IMG/VR virus record: IMGVR_UViG_3300037882_003354
Coordinates: 1 to 64,000 of that record
Strand: one strand, 5' to 3'
Length of the DNA stretch: 64,000 nt
Shown here: positions 8,603-18,824 of the stretch, piece by piece
Numbering within the stretch: the stretch's first letter is position 1
How the letters are laid out: each line of letters begins with the position of its first letter
Position numbers and translations under genes: made by a program
Notes under the pieces: generated by a model
The model's database searches: none
The model's input: the letters and a program-made list of their open reading frames with translations, nothing else
Told to the model about the DNA's origin: nothing

Positions 8603-9103
8603 ATGAGGTGGGCAATGTGCATGGCGGTGTTGGTGGCAGTCGCTGCATGTGCGTCGTATGGTAGTTCGTATGTCTTGGCTGATGTAACTGACGTGAACAA
8701 TCATGTCAATGACGCCATTGAATTTGGCACTGACCAGGACAATTGGGGTGTGCGAGATTATTGGACCAGTCCAGACGAGTTATTTGCCCTGGGCTCTGGT
8801 GATTGTGAAGACTATGCCATTGCCAAGTATTTTATTTTGTTAAAGCATGGAATAGATGCCCACCGTTTGAAATTATGGTATGTCCAAGCACCTGTTGGTG
8901 CACACATGGTGCTGGCATATGATTGGTATCCGGTATCGTCGACATATGATCCCTTGATTTTAGACAACATGGTACCAGTCATACTGCCATTGTCACAACG
9001 TAACGACCTAGTACTAATTTTTAGTTTCGATCAAGACACTCGAAACATAAAAAGATGGAACAATGTTTTAATCAAAGCAAGATCAGAAGGGTACATCCAA
9101 TGA
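8603..9103 (+). CDS. Transglutaminase-like cysteine peptidase (BTLCP/C93, LapG-like)
   Basis: Signal-like N-terminus; WGVRDYW, GDCEDYAIAKY, HMVL, LDN (Cys-His-Asp triad). Confidence 0.85.
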   Translation: MRWAMCMAVLVAVAACASYGSSYVLADVTDVNNHVNDAIEFGTDQDNWGVRDYWTSPDELFALGSGDCEDYAIAKYFILLKHGIDAHRLKLWYVQAPVGAHMVLAYDWYPVSSTYDPLILDNMVPVILPLSQRNDLVLIFSFDQDTRNIKRWNNVLIKARSEGYIQ

Positions 9104-9555
9104 AAAAGATTTACTACGAAAAAGTTGGCCGCCGGTATGTGCCCGTGGCAGAGTACGACAGCGATTTTTATGACAGTTTTAGACGTGGCAACCACCTGGT
9201 CATGTGCTACCCTGGTGGTACCAGCCGTCGATTTGACGTTGATCCAGACCATGCCGCCATGGTTGCTGCTGGGCGTGTGGCAGAAGATGCAATCAGTCAT
9301 GCATTGATAAAAGCCAGCGAGATGCGGCCGGCCCGAACACCCATCACAGAAGGCCAGCGAAAAGCATGGAAGAAGTTGGCACGGGAATTCGGTGACGATC
9401 TGGCCACATTAAATGTGGCCAGTGCCCGAGACATTGCCGAAGCAGGAGTCCAGGCTTTACAAACCCAGGCAGATGTGCTATTATCTAATCCAGCAGTTCG
9501 TAAAGCCTACGATCACTTTATGTTAATGTGTGAACTTACCAAGGAAAACAAATGA
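9100..9555 (+). CDS. Phage hypothetical protein
   Basis: MKKIYYEKVGRRYVPV; coupled. Confidence 0.7.
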   Translation: MKKIYYEKVGRRYVPVAEYDSDFYDSFRRGNHLVMCYPGGTSRRFDVDPDHAAMVAAGRVAEDAISHALIKASEMRPARTPITEGQRKAWKKLAREFGDDLATLNVASARDIAEAGVQALQTQADVLLSNPAVRKAYDHFMLMCELTKENK

Positions 9556-10079
9556 TCACTCTGAAAACTTTCATGGAAACTGTGGACTATCGGATCACTG
9601 AAGGTTCGGCCTATGGCTGGTCCTGCTATGGCGAGAACCCTTTCGGCCTGGATTCCTGGAAAGACCATTGGGAAAATAACTCACTGTCCATCGTGTTTGA
9701 CACCAAGACACAGACGGTGTACGAGGTCACGGCCTGCGATTACAAGAATAACCGCGCCTACCGGTTGGTGAACCCTGATCATGTTCAGGCAATTGAACAA
9801 GAAGCCCAGCGTCGTGGTGTGAATTATAAGTCGGCCTGGGACGATGTCAATTGGGTGGACCTGGACACTGATGAAGATTTCCTGGAAAAAGCCCAGGCCA
9901 TCTTCCGGGGCGAGGACTATGACACTCGTGTACAGGTTCCCCTGGATCTAGACGACAAAACGCTGTTCCAACTCATGCACATGGCACATGAATCGGATGT
10001 CACTCTGAACCAGAAGGTGGAAGAGATCCTGCGGGACGTCATTGAGCAACATAACAACACCATTGATTGGGTGATTTGA
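9552..10079 (+). CDS. Phage hypothetical protein
   Basis: 175 aa; AAGGA RBS. Confidence 0.75.
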   Translation: MITLKTFMETVDYRITEGSAYGWSCYGENPFGLDSWKDHWENNSLSIVFDTKTQTVYEVTACDYKNNRAYRLVNPDHVQAIEQEAQRRGVNYKSAWDDVNWVDLDTDEDFLEKAQAIFRGEDYDTRVQVPLDLDDKTLFQLMHMAHESDVTLNQKVEEILRDVIEQHNNTIDWVI

Positions 10080-10080
10080 C

Positions 10081-10506
10081 ATGAAAATTGGACTGAGTTT
10101 TTCCAGGTGTGTGCTGGACATTGTGGAGGAGCGTGTGGACATCAACGATGTGTTGATTGTCATTGCACGTACCAACTTTGATCCCAATGTTGACACAGAA
10201 TGGACAGACATTTGGAACGGATACCGACAGGCTGATCCATTTAGTTCGTCAGCCCCTGAATGGGAGCACCATGCAGAAGAAGATCAGGACAAGTTTCGTG
10301 CTGTGGCCATGATGTTGTATAATGATGGCAAGATGCATCAACCCAGGAAATTTGGTGCTCGTGCGGCCCGTCGGAGTGAATTTTGGCTGGAAACAGTATT
10401 ACCCAGTTCTGAACTGGAGCGAAATCCCATGGCCCGGCGGGCCTGGGAGACATTTCAGACTGTTGCTGGATTGGCCAGCGTCAGTCTCGATAAAGATTAT
10501 CAATAA
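10081..10506 (+). CDS. Phage hypothetical protein
   Basis: [15 protein letters not shown]; 141 aa. Confidence 0.75.
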   Translation: MKIGLSFSRCVLDIVEERVDINDVLIVIARTNFDPNVDTEWTDIWNGYRQADPFSSSAPEWEHHAEEDQDKFRAVAMMLYNDGKMHQPRKFGARAARRSEFWLETVLPSSELERNPMARRAWETFQTVAGLASVSLDKDYQ

Positions 10507-10514
10507 GGAAAACG

Positions 10515-11108
10515 ATGTATTCAAATCTTGTACCCATGGTGGTAGAGCAATCGGCTCGCGGTGAGCGCGCCTTCGACATCTTCTCACGTCTGTTGAGCGA
10601 ACGAATTGTGTTCCTCAACGGGCAGGTGGACGAACAGTCGGCCAATCTGGTGGTGGCACAGATCTTGCACTTGGAGAGTTCAGATTCCGAGAAGGACATA
10701 CATTTGTACATCAACTCACCAGGCGGGGTCATCACGGCTGGCATGGCCATCTATGACGTCATGCAGTTTGTCAAGCCCGATGTGTGCACTTATGTCATGG
10801 GTCAGGCTTGTTCCATGGGCTCGTTCCTGGCGCAGGCTGGCACTCCGGGCAAGCGTTTTGTACTACCCAACTCCAGAACCATGATTCATCAGCCGTCGGG
10901 TGGTGCTCGTGGCATGGCCAGTGATATTGAAATTTCCTACAACGAAATCATGTACTGGAAGAAACGGCTGACTGAACTGTATGTCAAGCACAATACCCAG
11001 GGCAAGACCTACGAAGAATTTGAACGTAACATGGATCGTGACACCTTCCTGAGTGCCCAAGAGGCCCTGGACTTTGGGTTGTGCGACAAAATCATTCAGC
11101 AACGGTGA
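10515..11108 (+). CDS. clpP: ATP-dependent Clp protease proteolytic subunit
   Basis: [22 protein letters not shown] (catalytic Ser), [12 protein letters not shown]. Confidence 0.97.
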   Translation: MYSNLVPMVVEQSARGERAFDIFSRLLSERIVFLNGQVDEQSANLVVAQILHLESSDSEKDIHLYINSPGGVITAGMAIYDVMQFVKPDVCTYVMGQACSMGSFLAQAGTPGKRFVLPNSRTMIHQPSGGARGMASDIEISYNEIMYWKKRLTELYVKHNTQGKTYEEFERNMDRDTFLSAQEALDFGLCDKIIQQR

Positions 11109-11167
11109 TGGGCTGGGGATTAAATTATGGTCGTTTAATGATTAAATAGCCCACAGGGGCTGGACCA

Positions 11168-11344
11168 TGTTATTGTACGTTTGGATACTCATGATTCTTT
11201 TGACCATATCGGTGATTGGCTGGGTCTGGGTATTTTTTACCATTCGCAGATTGATGATTGCCAACCATTGCGGTGCAGAAATAGTCACAGAAATCAAAGA
11301 AGACATCCAATCAATAAAAACTTCCTTGAAAGAACTAGAATAGT
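11168..11344 (+). CDS. Small membrane protein (not in the ORF track)
   Basis: MLLYVWILMILLTISVIGWVWVFF...LKELE: one TM helix plus coiled coil. Confidence 0.5.
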
Positions 11345-11401
11345 TATTGATATTTCCTGTACAGTGCCGTAAAATAAAAGAATTACACAAGGTATTAACA
11401 A

Positions 11402-11914
11402 ATGACAACACAGCCAGTGACTTATAAATTTACATCTACCAAAGAATACATTGATGCGTTTCCAGTAGCCTATCGACAGTGGCGTGCTGACAGCCATTGC
11501 AATTTGATTCATGGATACTCCTTCAGTATGAAGTTCTTCTTTGGTACGAATGATCTTGATGTTCGTAACTGGTCTGCGGATTACGGCGGATTGAAGGAAT
11601 TGAAGAATGTGTTGCAAGATAAGTTTGATCATTGTCTCTTAGTCAGTTCCGATGATCCAGAACTCGAAACATATAAACTCCTACAAGAAAAGAAGATGGC
11701 TAAACTAACCATTTTACCTAAACTTGGATGCGAAGGTTTAGCTGATATGTTATACAAATACATTAATGCTGTTTATATCCCAGATATGTGGGGACCGAGC
11801 GAAGCCGAAAGACTTTGGTGTTACCGTGTAGAAGTGAGAGAAACACAATCTAATATGGCTTTTAGAGAAGGCCACCGAGAGTGGAACGAAGATTTATTTG
11901 AAGGATTTGACTGA
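11402..11914 (+). CDS. queD: 6-carboxytetrahydropterin / 6-pyruvoyl-tetrahydropterin synthase
   Basis: HCNLIHGYS, DYGGLK, KFDH, VEVRET. Confidence 0.88.
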   Translation: MTTQPVTYKFTSTKEYIDAFPVAYRQWRADSHCNLIHGYSFSMKFFFGTNDLDVRNWSADYGGLKELKNVLQDKFDHCLLVSSDDPELETYKLLQEKKMAKLTILPKLGCEGLADMLYKYINAVYIPDMWGPSEAERLWCYRVEVRETQSNMAFREGHREWNEDLFEGFD

Positions 11915-11954
11915 TTTCATATAAATAAACATAGTTAGTAGCAAAGGACGAACT

Positions 11955-12815
11955 ATGTATTATGGATTTATTTATGAATGGACTAATGATCTTAATGGTA
12001 AAAAATATATTGGTTCACACGCAGGAACAATAGATGACGGTTATATCGGTTCGGGAAAAGTTTTCATAAGGGCTATAAAAAAGCATGGCATTGAAAATTT
12101 TACAAGAACCATCATTGAATATGTTGAAGTAAAAGATAGACAATATCTTTTAGAGCGTGAAAAGTTTCATTTAGATAAAGTGAATGCTTATTACTCTAAC
12201 GACTATTACAATGTTGCTAAAGATGTCATAGGTGGCGATACCAAAGCAGGATGGACTAACGAACGCCGTCAAGAGTTTAGCAATCAAATCAAGCAAGTTT
12301 GGGCCAAAAGAACGGAAGAAGAAAAAAAGACATTGTTTGATACCATTCGTAGTAAAACTAAAGAATGGTATCAAACTGAAGAAGGTGACCGATTTAAAGA
12401 AAAGTTGCGTTCCAATGTTCCTCGAATGGTCGAGGGTATCAAAGCCCGCGAGCCAGAAGATAGAAAGCGCAGTGCCCGTTTGGGCAAAGAGCGAATGGGT
12501 GCTGAACGTAGAAAAGAAGTTGCCCGCAAAGGCGTAGAAAATCGTAATCCCGAAACCGAAGCATTGGCAAGACAAAAGGCATTAGAAACCAGAGCAAATT
12601 GGTCAGAAGAAAAGCGTAAAGAAGTTTTCGAGAATAGCAGTAAAGGTAGAAAAGGTAAATGTATTGGTGCCAAAAATGGCAGGGCACGAAAGATTTACGC
12701 TGAGTCTAGAACATTTGACACATTGAAGGATGCCATGCTACAATTGAACATATCTGAATACAAACTGCAAAGTAGATTAAAAGATCCAAACAACAAAGAA
12801 TATTATTATCTATGA
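11955..12815 (+). CDS. Free-standing GIY-YIG (Seg-like) homing endonuclease
   Basis: GFIY...KKYIGSH, YIGSG, YYN; basic C-terminal region; AT-rich. Confidence 0.85.
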   Translation: MYYGFIYEWTNDLNGKKYIGSHAGTIDDGYIGSGKVFIRAIKKHGIENFTRTIIEYVEVKDRQYLLEREKFHLDKVNAYYSNDYYNVAKDVIGGDTKAGWTNERRQEFSNQIKQVWAKRTEEEKKTLFDTIRSKTKEWYQTEEGDRFKEKLRSNVPRMVEGIKAREPEDRKRSARLGKERMGAERRKEVARKGVENRNPETEALARQKALETRANWSEEKRKEVFENSSKGRKGKCIGAKNGRARKIYAESRTFDTLKDAMLQLNISEYKLQSRLKDPNNKEYYYL

Positions 12816-13063
12816 ATGAACGAATTAAAGCACTTGCCGAACAGGCTTGGGATGCCACAGCGGTGAGCCCAGACTTTAATCATCCTGTTTCATTTGCTGA
12901 AAAATTATCCGAGTTGATTGTGCAGGAATGTATCGACAAGATTGAAACATATCAGATTCCTGTTGGTAACAGTACCGCTGGTGAAATGGCCTGTGAATGG
13001 ACCTATGACGCATTGAAAGAAATTAGGGACGATATTAAAGAACATTTCGGAGTTAAAGTATGA
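12812..13063 (+). CDS. MNERI family small protein
   Basis: MNERIKALAEQA...ELIVQEC...KEHFGVKV. Confidence 0.8.
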   Translation: MNERIKALAEQAWDATAVSPDFNHPVSFAEKLSELIVQECIDKIETYQIPVGNSTAGEMACEWTYDALKEIRDDIKEHFGVKV

Positions 13064-13155
13064 GATACAAATTTAAGGTAGAAGTAAGAGAAACTCAATC
13101 AAACATGGCTTTCAGAGAAGGCCACAGAGAGTGGAACGAGGATTTGTTTGCGTGA
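13060..13155 (+). pseudogene. Displaced duplicate of the queD 3' end
   Basis: Encodes MRYKFKVEVRETQSNMAFREGHREWNEDLFA; 13078-13150 matches 11828-11900 with synonymous changes. Confidence 0.85.
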
Positions 13156-14330
13156 AAAAACATACGGCAGTTGTGGGAGCAGGTATCACTGGCATGACCG
13201 CAGCCTATTATTTGGCTCGAGCAGGACATCAGGTGACCGTATACGAGCAAGAACGATATCCTGCCATGCGAACCAGTTTTGCCAACGGTGGACAGATCAG
13301 CGTCAGTAACAGTGAAGTATGGAACACTTGGAGCAATGTTAAAAAGGGCTTCAAATGGATGCTGAAAAAAGACGCGCCATTGTTGGTCCGTCCTCGTCTG
13401 GATTGGGCACAGTGGGAATGGATGTTTAAATTTTTGTATTACACCGTGACCGGTGCTTATGAAAAGAACACCAGGGAAACCATACGACTGGGTCTGGATT
13501 CCAGGGACTTGTACCAGCAGATGATTAAAGACGAACTGCTGGAGTTTGATCAAAGTCGCAGTGGAATTTTACATTTTTATCGAGATCCACTGTATTTCCA
13601 GCATGCAATCAATGTAAAAGATCTCTATAACAGCAGCGGCGTAGAGTGGGACATATTGGAACCACTGCAGACCAAAAGCCTTGATCCTGCTCTGTGTGAT
13701 CTAACAGGCGTAGTAGGAGGTGCCTGGACTCCTGAAGATTGGACCGGTGACATACACAAATTTTGTGTGCAACTGGCACAAGTCTTAGAAGAAAAATATG
13801 GTGTTAGTTTTGTATATGGCTCAAATACTGATCTAGAGCAACTTGCTGTTGACCATGATCATGTGGTGGTTTCTGCAGGTGTGGGCAGCGTAAAATTAGC
13901 AGCCAGCATTGGGGATCATTTGCCCATCTATCCCATCAAGGGATATAGTATCACAATCCAGGTACGTGATCAAGATCTCATACATCTACCACGAGTGAGT
14001 TTGCTGGACGATCAGGCCAAGATTGTGACCTCCACACTGGGCAATAAATTTCGTGTGGCGGGCACTGCTGAGTTGGCTGGCGAGAATTATGACATCAGGG
14101 CAGACCGGATTGCTCCTCTGCTAAAATGGGTGCATGACAATTTCCCTGGTATAAACACTAGTGAATATTCCAGCTGGGCATGTCTTCGGCCCATGACTCC
14201 CAACATGCTGCCCATAGTAGAGCAGAGCCAGACCAATCACAAAGTATACTATCATACTGGTCACGGCCACTTGGGCTGGACCCTTAGTCCGGCCACGGCC
14301 AAACAACTGGTAGATAAGATGTCCAACTGA
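13152..14330 (+). CDS. dadA: FAD-dependent D-amino acid dehydrogenase
   Basis: VVGAGITG, TSFANGGQIS, YPIKGYSIT, RVAGTAE, WACLRPMTP, GHGHLGWT. Confidence 0.9.
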   Translation: MKKHTAVVGAGITGMTAAYYLARAGHQVTVYEQERYPAMRTSFANGGQISVSNSEVWNTWSNVKKGFKWMLKKDAPLLVRPRLDWAQWEWMFKFLYYTVTGAYEKNTRETIRLGLDSRDLYQQMIKDELLEFDQSRSGILHFYRDPLYFQHAINVKDLYNSSGVEWDILEPLQTKSLDPALCDLTGVVGGAWTPEDWTGDIHKFCVQLAQVLEEKYGVSFVYGSNTDLEQLAVDHDHVVVSAGVGSVKLAASIGDHLPIYPIKGYSITIQVRDQDLIHLPRVSLLDDQAKIVTSTLGNKFRVAGTAELAGENYDIRADRIAPLLKWVHDNFPGINTSEYSSWACLRPMTPNMLPIVEQSQTNHKVYYHTGHGHLGWTLSPATAKQLVDKMSN

Positions 14331-14516
14331 CATGAAGAAAATTTTAATGGCGGGTGGTGCAGGATTTTTTTGGGATAATCCAGGAAAATGCATCATGCTA
14401 GGGTTGATGCAGAAAGTCATTGACTTTGCGTCGTCTTCAAGTATAATAGTATACAAGCACTTGCCCATACAGGGTTACAATATACTACTAACTACTTTCC
14501 CACTAAAAAGAGAATT

Positions 14517-14987
14517 ATGGAAATCCAACCCAAACAACTAAATTTTGCCAATTGTGAAGCCGGTACAGAATATAGGTATAATGCCATCACAGCCCTGTTG
14601 CATGAGCATCAGTGCACTGTTGATTTTGTTAAACTTGACGGCGAGACTCGTACCATGCCCTGTACCCTGCGTTCCGATCTCATGCCAGTGGCCACACAGA
14701 TGATCAAAGAAGACATGGTGAACAAACCTGTAAACTATGAAACCATCACAGTCTGGTGCACTGACAAGCAGGCCTGGCGCGCCATGAAGACCATGAACGT
14801 GACCTCCATCAGGGTCGCACCCACTTCCTGGACGGTGACAGTAGAGCAAGATCCTGCAACTGGTGACATCCTGCTGCCCTTGCCACCTGATGTGCTGACC
14901 ATGCGTGGTTGGAACGAGGGAGACACCCTGGAATGGTCGGACAACGGCGACGGATCTTGGAGCCTGTCCAAAGTCCATGAACTGTAA
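14517..14987 (+). CDS. SH3/WYL-like domain fused to an AbrB-like domain
   Basis: VDFVKLDGETRTMPCTL...WRAM; then ILLPLPPD...GWNEGDTLEW. Confidence 0.55.
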   Translation: MEIQPKQLNFANCEAGTEYRYNAITALLHEHQCTVDFVKLDGETRTMPCTLRSDLMPVATQMIKEDMVNKPVNYETITVWCTDKQAWRAMKTMNVTSIRVAPTSWTVTVEQDPATGDILLPLPPDVLTMRGWNEGDTLEWSDNGDGSWSLSKVHEL

Positions 14988-15239
14988 TACTTGTCACAAA
15001 GAATACACCGTCCGGTGTGCACTAAAACAGGGCCGATGCCCACATCATGCACCATTAATTGAGGTAAAAAATATGATACAAATTTTTAAACCACTGCGAG
15101 AACGCATCAGCTATATCAAGAGTTTCACCGGCATTGTATGTGGAATCATACTATGTGTGAGCGGCTGGGGACTATTGGCTTACGTGCTGGGCGTCATGCT
15201 GATTCTAGCAGAGATCATCATTCTTTTGGAGAAATTGGA

Positions 15240-15422
15240 TTGAACTCAGTACAACAACGCATGGCAGAATTGATGGAGCCCATCAACCGTCAGATTATGA
15301 TGTGTGATTCCACACAAGAAATGCTCATGATTGCCAGTGCCATGATGGTCAGTGCCAAGGAAATTTTCGATAATCATATTGGTGTGCAGGGTCGTAAACA
15401 AATGTTCAAAGATCTGTCATGA
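15240..15422 (+). CDS. Hypothetical protein
   Basis: LNSVQQRMAELMEPI...; coupled to uvsE; start uncertain. Confidence 0.45.
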   Translation: MNSVQQRMAELMEPINRQIMMCDSTQEMLMIASAMMVSAKEIFDNHIGVQGRKQMFKDLS

Positions 15423-16453
15423 AAAACATCAAGCGTCTGGCTTTTGCCTGCAAGTGGATTGACTCCATGGACCAGGTGGACGCAATCAAGCCCACTGACG
15501 ACTGCAGAAAATACAACACCAGTACCACCACGGTGGCCTGGTTGAATCGGCAGCCACGGGATGTGGCAGTACAAAAACTCTGGGACCTGATGGTGAGCAA
15601 CATTGAGTCTGTTCGACTGTTGGTGGAGCGAGTGGGATTCCTGCAGCCGCACCTGCGCATGGTCCGACTGGGCTCAGATCTACTGCCAGTGTACACACAG
15701 GCAGATTGGTCCTGGTTTTGGAAGCGGCCGGATGTAATCGCATATTGTGAACAGCAGTTTGCCAGGATTGGCGCAATCGCTCGTGATCGTGATGTCAGGC
15801 TGTCCATGCATCCTGGACAATTTGTGGTGCTGGCCAGTGAAACTCCTGCCATTGTGGAACGCAGTATAGAAGAATTTGAGTATCATGCGGACATGGCACG
15901 TTGGATGGGTTTCGGTCGTGAGTTTCAGGACTTCAAGATCAATGTGCACATCTCAGGACGGCTGGGTCCTGCAGGTATTCGCACCGTATATCAACGCCTC
16001 ACTCCCGAGGCACGCAACTGTTTGGCTATTGAAAATGAGGAAATGACCCATGGATTGGATGATTGTCTCGCTATTTCTGATCTGGTGGCTATCACACTGG
16101 ACATACATCATAATTGGATTAAAACAGGAGAGTACATCTCCCCAACCGACCCTAGGATCGATCGTGTTATTCAGTCTTGGCGCGGTCGCCGGCCTACTAT
16201 GCATTATAGTATCAGCCGTGAAAATGTTCTCCTGGATCACAGCACTACTGTGATGCCTGATCTGGCCAGCCTGCTGGCATCAGGACACAACCGTCAGAAA
16301 CTCAGGGCGCACAGTGATACCTATTGGAATACCACGGCAAACGACTGGGCGCTGAGTTTCCTGGATCGATTCGATCTCATGTGTGAAAGTAAATCCAAGA
16401 ATCTTGCCAGCTTTGCACTGGCCAGTCGAGCCCAAGAATTAAACCTTCTTTGA
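15419..16453 (+). CDS. uvsE: UV DNA damage endonuclease (UvsE/UVDE)
   Basis: RLGSDLLP, RLSMHPGQFVVLAS, IENEE, LDIHH, LRAHSD, MCESKSKNLA. Confidence 0.9.
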   Translation: MKNIKRLAFACKWIDSMDQVDAIKPTDDCRKYNTSTTTVAWLNRQPRDVAVQKLWDLMVSNIESVRLLVERVGFLQPHLRMVRLGSDLLPVYTQADWSWFWKRPDVIAYCEQQFARIGAIARDRDVRLSMHPGQFVVLASETPAIVERSIEEFEYHADMARWMGFGREFQDFKINVHISGRLGPAGIRTVYQRLTPEARNCLAIENEEMTHGLDDCLAISDLVAITLDIHHNWIKTGEYISPTDPRIDRVIQSWRGRRPTMHYSISRENVLLDHSTTVMPDLASLLASGHNRQKLRAHSDTYWNTTANDWALSFLDRFDLMCESKSKNLASFALASRAQELNLL

Positions 16454-16747
16454 AGGTGCCTTGACTTTCTTTGCAGCCGGGGCCTTGACTCGGGCTGTAG
16501 TTGCTTTTGTGGTCTTCACTGGCGTTTTTGCCACAACCACTGGTGCCGACTTGGCTGTTCTGGGCTTGCGTGGTTTCTTGGCAGGCGCCACTTCCACCAC
16601 AGCTTCAGCAACTGGTGTTTCGATCTTGTAAGGGGCCTGGTCCCAGATCTCATCTAGGGTGGGCGCTGTTTGCTTGTACCTGTGGCCCACCCAGGCGGCG
16701 GCGCCTGCTGCCAGGGCAAGAATGGCGAGAATGATAATGATTTCCAT
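16439..16747 (-). CDS. Membrane-anchored Lys/Ala-rich protein
   Basis: Hydrophobic N-terminus; histone-like basic tail; AGGA RBS. Confidence 0.65.
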   Translation of the reverse strand: MEIIIILAILALAAGAAAWVGHRYKQTAPTLDEIWDQAPYKIETPVAEAVVEVAPAKKPRKPRTAKSAPVVVAKTPVKTTKATTARVKAPAAKKVKAPSKKV

Positions 16748-16802
16748 TTGGGGTTTCCTTTAAAGAAGTTTATGTGTTTATTTAACTCCGAATAAATACC
16801 AT

Positions 16803-17372
16803 GTGGAAAAAACATTACATGAGTTGAGCAAGATCATAACACTGGCTGAATCAACTAAAGAACAGTTGGTTCTGGCACCGTTACCCTATGCTCGCGATGA
16901 TCTTGACCCTGTATTGAGTGCGGAGTCCTTGGTCAACCACCATGACAAACTGGCACAAGCCTATGTCACCAGATATAACAATGGTGAGGGGGATGCAGAG
17001 TTCAATCAGGCCGGCGCATTTCTGCACAATATCTTTTTCCCACAACTACAGGCACCCATGGGCGGCAACAAACCACATGGCGCCAGTGCTGAGTTTATCG
17101 AGCGACATCACAGCAGTTTTGACCAATTGAAAAGCCATGTGGAGACCCAGGCCATGGGCATACAAGGCAGCGGGTGGGTTTACCTGGCTCGCAATGGTGA
17201 AGTAAAAACCATTAAAAATCATCAAATACGGCAGGACATCGTGCTGCTAATAGACTGGTGGGAGCATGCTTTTATCTTGGACTACGGCACTGACAAGGCA
17301 AAATACTTAAAAAACATATGGAGGATCATCAACTGGTCGGTTATCAACGACAGAATACACTTGAACAAGTGA
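16803..17372 (+). CDS. sod: Fe/Mn superoxide dismutase
   Basis: LPYARDDLDP, HHDK, FLHNIFF, QGSGW, DWWEHA. Confidence 0.92.
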   Translation: MEKTLHELSKIITLAESTKEQLVLAPLPYARDDLDPVLSAESLVNHHDKLAQAYVTRYNNGEGDAEFNQAGAFLHNIFFPQLQAPMGGNKPHGASAEFIERHHSSFDQLKSHVETQAMGIQGSGWVYLARNGEVKTIKNHQIRQDIVLLIDWWEHAFILDYGTDKAKYLKNIWRIINWSVINDRIHLNK

Positions 17373-17407
17373 TTCTGTAATACTGTTAAAATTATTGGAG
17401 TAATAAG

Positions 17408-17632
17408 ATGTCTAACCACGAAATAGGCGATGTTTCCCAAGTTGAAGACGTTGAAGAAGATGATGCATATGCCAAAGACGACTTTGGATTTATCATCGGA
17501 GCCGACGGAGATTTAAAGAGTATCATGTATCCCGAGCACTTGATGGGCGAACCTCCTGAAGAAATCAAGATGATTCTGGAGATTTTTGGCATTGACGACC
17601 TAGATCAGGTGGAAAACAGAGTGTTGCATTGA
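17408..17632 (+). CDS. Acidic hypothetical protein
   Basis: 74 aa; GGAG RBS. Confidence 0.65.
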   Translation: MSNHEIGDVSQVEDVEEDDAYAKDDFGFIIGADGDLKSIMYPEHLMGEPPEEIKMILEIFGIDDLDQVENRVLH

Positions 17633-17669
17633 TGCGTTTTGGGTAAATATCGGATAACCATTTACCCCA

Positions 17670-18824
17670 ATGACCTCACCCACTTGGATTACCCCGGCAG
17701 GATTTTTATTCACTGCCACTGAATTATTGATCACCGCCACCACGGTGATGGCCGTGGGCACACCCACATACACTCTGATAAGTGGTGCCCTGCCCCTGGG
17801 TCTGACATTATCCACTGCCGGCGTGATCTCGGGCATACCGTCGGGTGTGTTGGATGTCGGTCGCAGTGAATTCGTCATCCGAGCAGCCAACTCATCGGGC
17901 AAGACTGATCGCACATTTTATGTTGATGTTGCAGGGCCTGATGCACCCATCTGGCTAATACCCGCAGATTATTATCTGCCCGTGGGCATACGTGGCGAAT
18001 CATATGCTCTGAACAAGCAATGGGTAGATTATCAGCTGACCGCCCAGCCGGTGCAGGCCCCAATCAACACTCCGTTGAAGTATTACATAGCCAGGGGCGA
18101 TGGACTATTACCACCAGGTCTGACACTGAGTCAGACCGGCAGAATAACCGGCTACGTCAACGACCAGTTGTCCTACGAAGCTGACATTTCTGTACTGGGT
18201 GGATACGATGACGAGGCTTATGATAAATTTCCCTACGATCATGGTGGCAGTTACCTGGGATCCATCACCGATGCCAGCATGGCAGGCTTGCCCAAGATCT
18301 ATCAATTCATAGTCACTGCAAGTGACGGTGTGGCGCAAGAAAAAAGATTATTCAAGATTGTGGTCACTGACACTATCATTCTGACTTTCAATTTAAAGTC
18401 CATGCCTGAAGAGCTGACAACGTCAACCAGCGTGTTGTACGTACCATTGTCCACCAGCACAATATATGCACCATTACCGCAGTGGATCAATGGCTCAGAC
18501 CTAGGCACTGTGCGCGCTAACAACAACGTCAGCATCGATGTGTCGGCTTATGATCCATATAACTTGGTATTACGAGACAATCAAAATTTTACATCTGTTC
18601 CTGATGTGATCGTGGACATCGTAACACCTCCACCGCCACCGCCACCACCGCCTCCCCCACCGCCTCCCCCACCGCCACCGCCTCCTCCACCGCCTGTGAC
18701 CACGCTGGGTGTCTATGATGTCGGCATTTACGAACCGGGCATATACAATCAGACTGTGGTCTCAAGCGATGTGGTGTTCGAGGCTGGCATATACGAACCA
18801 GGCATCTACTACGATGCTGCATAA
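17670..18824 (+). CDS. Ig-like (He_PIG-type) virion structural protein, N-terminal part, with poly-Pro tail
   Basis: SGALPLGLTLS..GVISG and LPPGLTLSQTGRITG repeats; poly-Pro tract; YEPGIY x2. Confidence 0.75.
   Translation: MTSPTWITPAGFLFTATELLITATTVMAVGTPTYTLISGALPLGLTLSTAGVISGIPSGVLDVGRSEFVIRAANSSGKTDRTFYVDVAGPDAPIWLIPADYYLPVGIRGESYALNKQWVDYQLTAQPVQAPINTPLKYYIARGDGLLPPGLTLSQTGRITGYVNDQLSYEADISVLGGYDDEAYDKFPYDHGGSYLGSITDASMAGLPKIYQFIVTASDGVAQEKRLFKIVVTDTIILTFNLKSMPEELTTSTSVLYVPLSTSTIYAPLPQWINGSDLGTVRANNNVSIDVSAYDPYNLVLRDNQNFTSVPDVIVDIVTPPPPPPPPPPPPPPPPPPPPPPPVTTLGVYDVGIYEPGIYNQTVVSSDVVFEAGIYEPGIYYDAA
18626..18694 (+). repeat. Poly-proline coding tract
   Basis: Over 20 consecutive CCN codons. 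Confidence 0.9.

Larger units (their letters stand above)
2402..13063 (+). repeat. Dispersed ~22-bp junction repeat ACATTTYGGAGTTGAAGAATGA, about 9 full or partial copies
   Basis: Copies near 2405, 6096, 6251, 6496 (partial), 6747, 7091, 7305, 7872, 8102 and 13042; contains RBS GGAG and the ATGA stop/start overlap. Confidence 0.85.
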
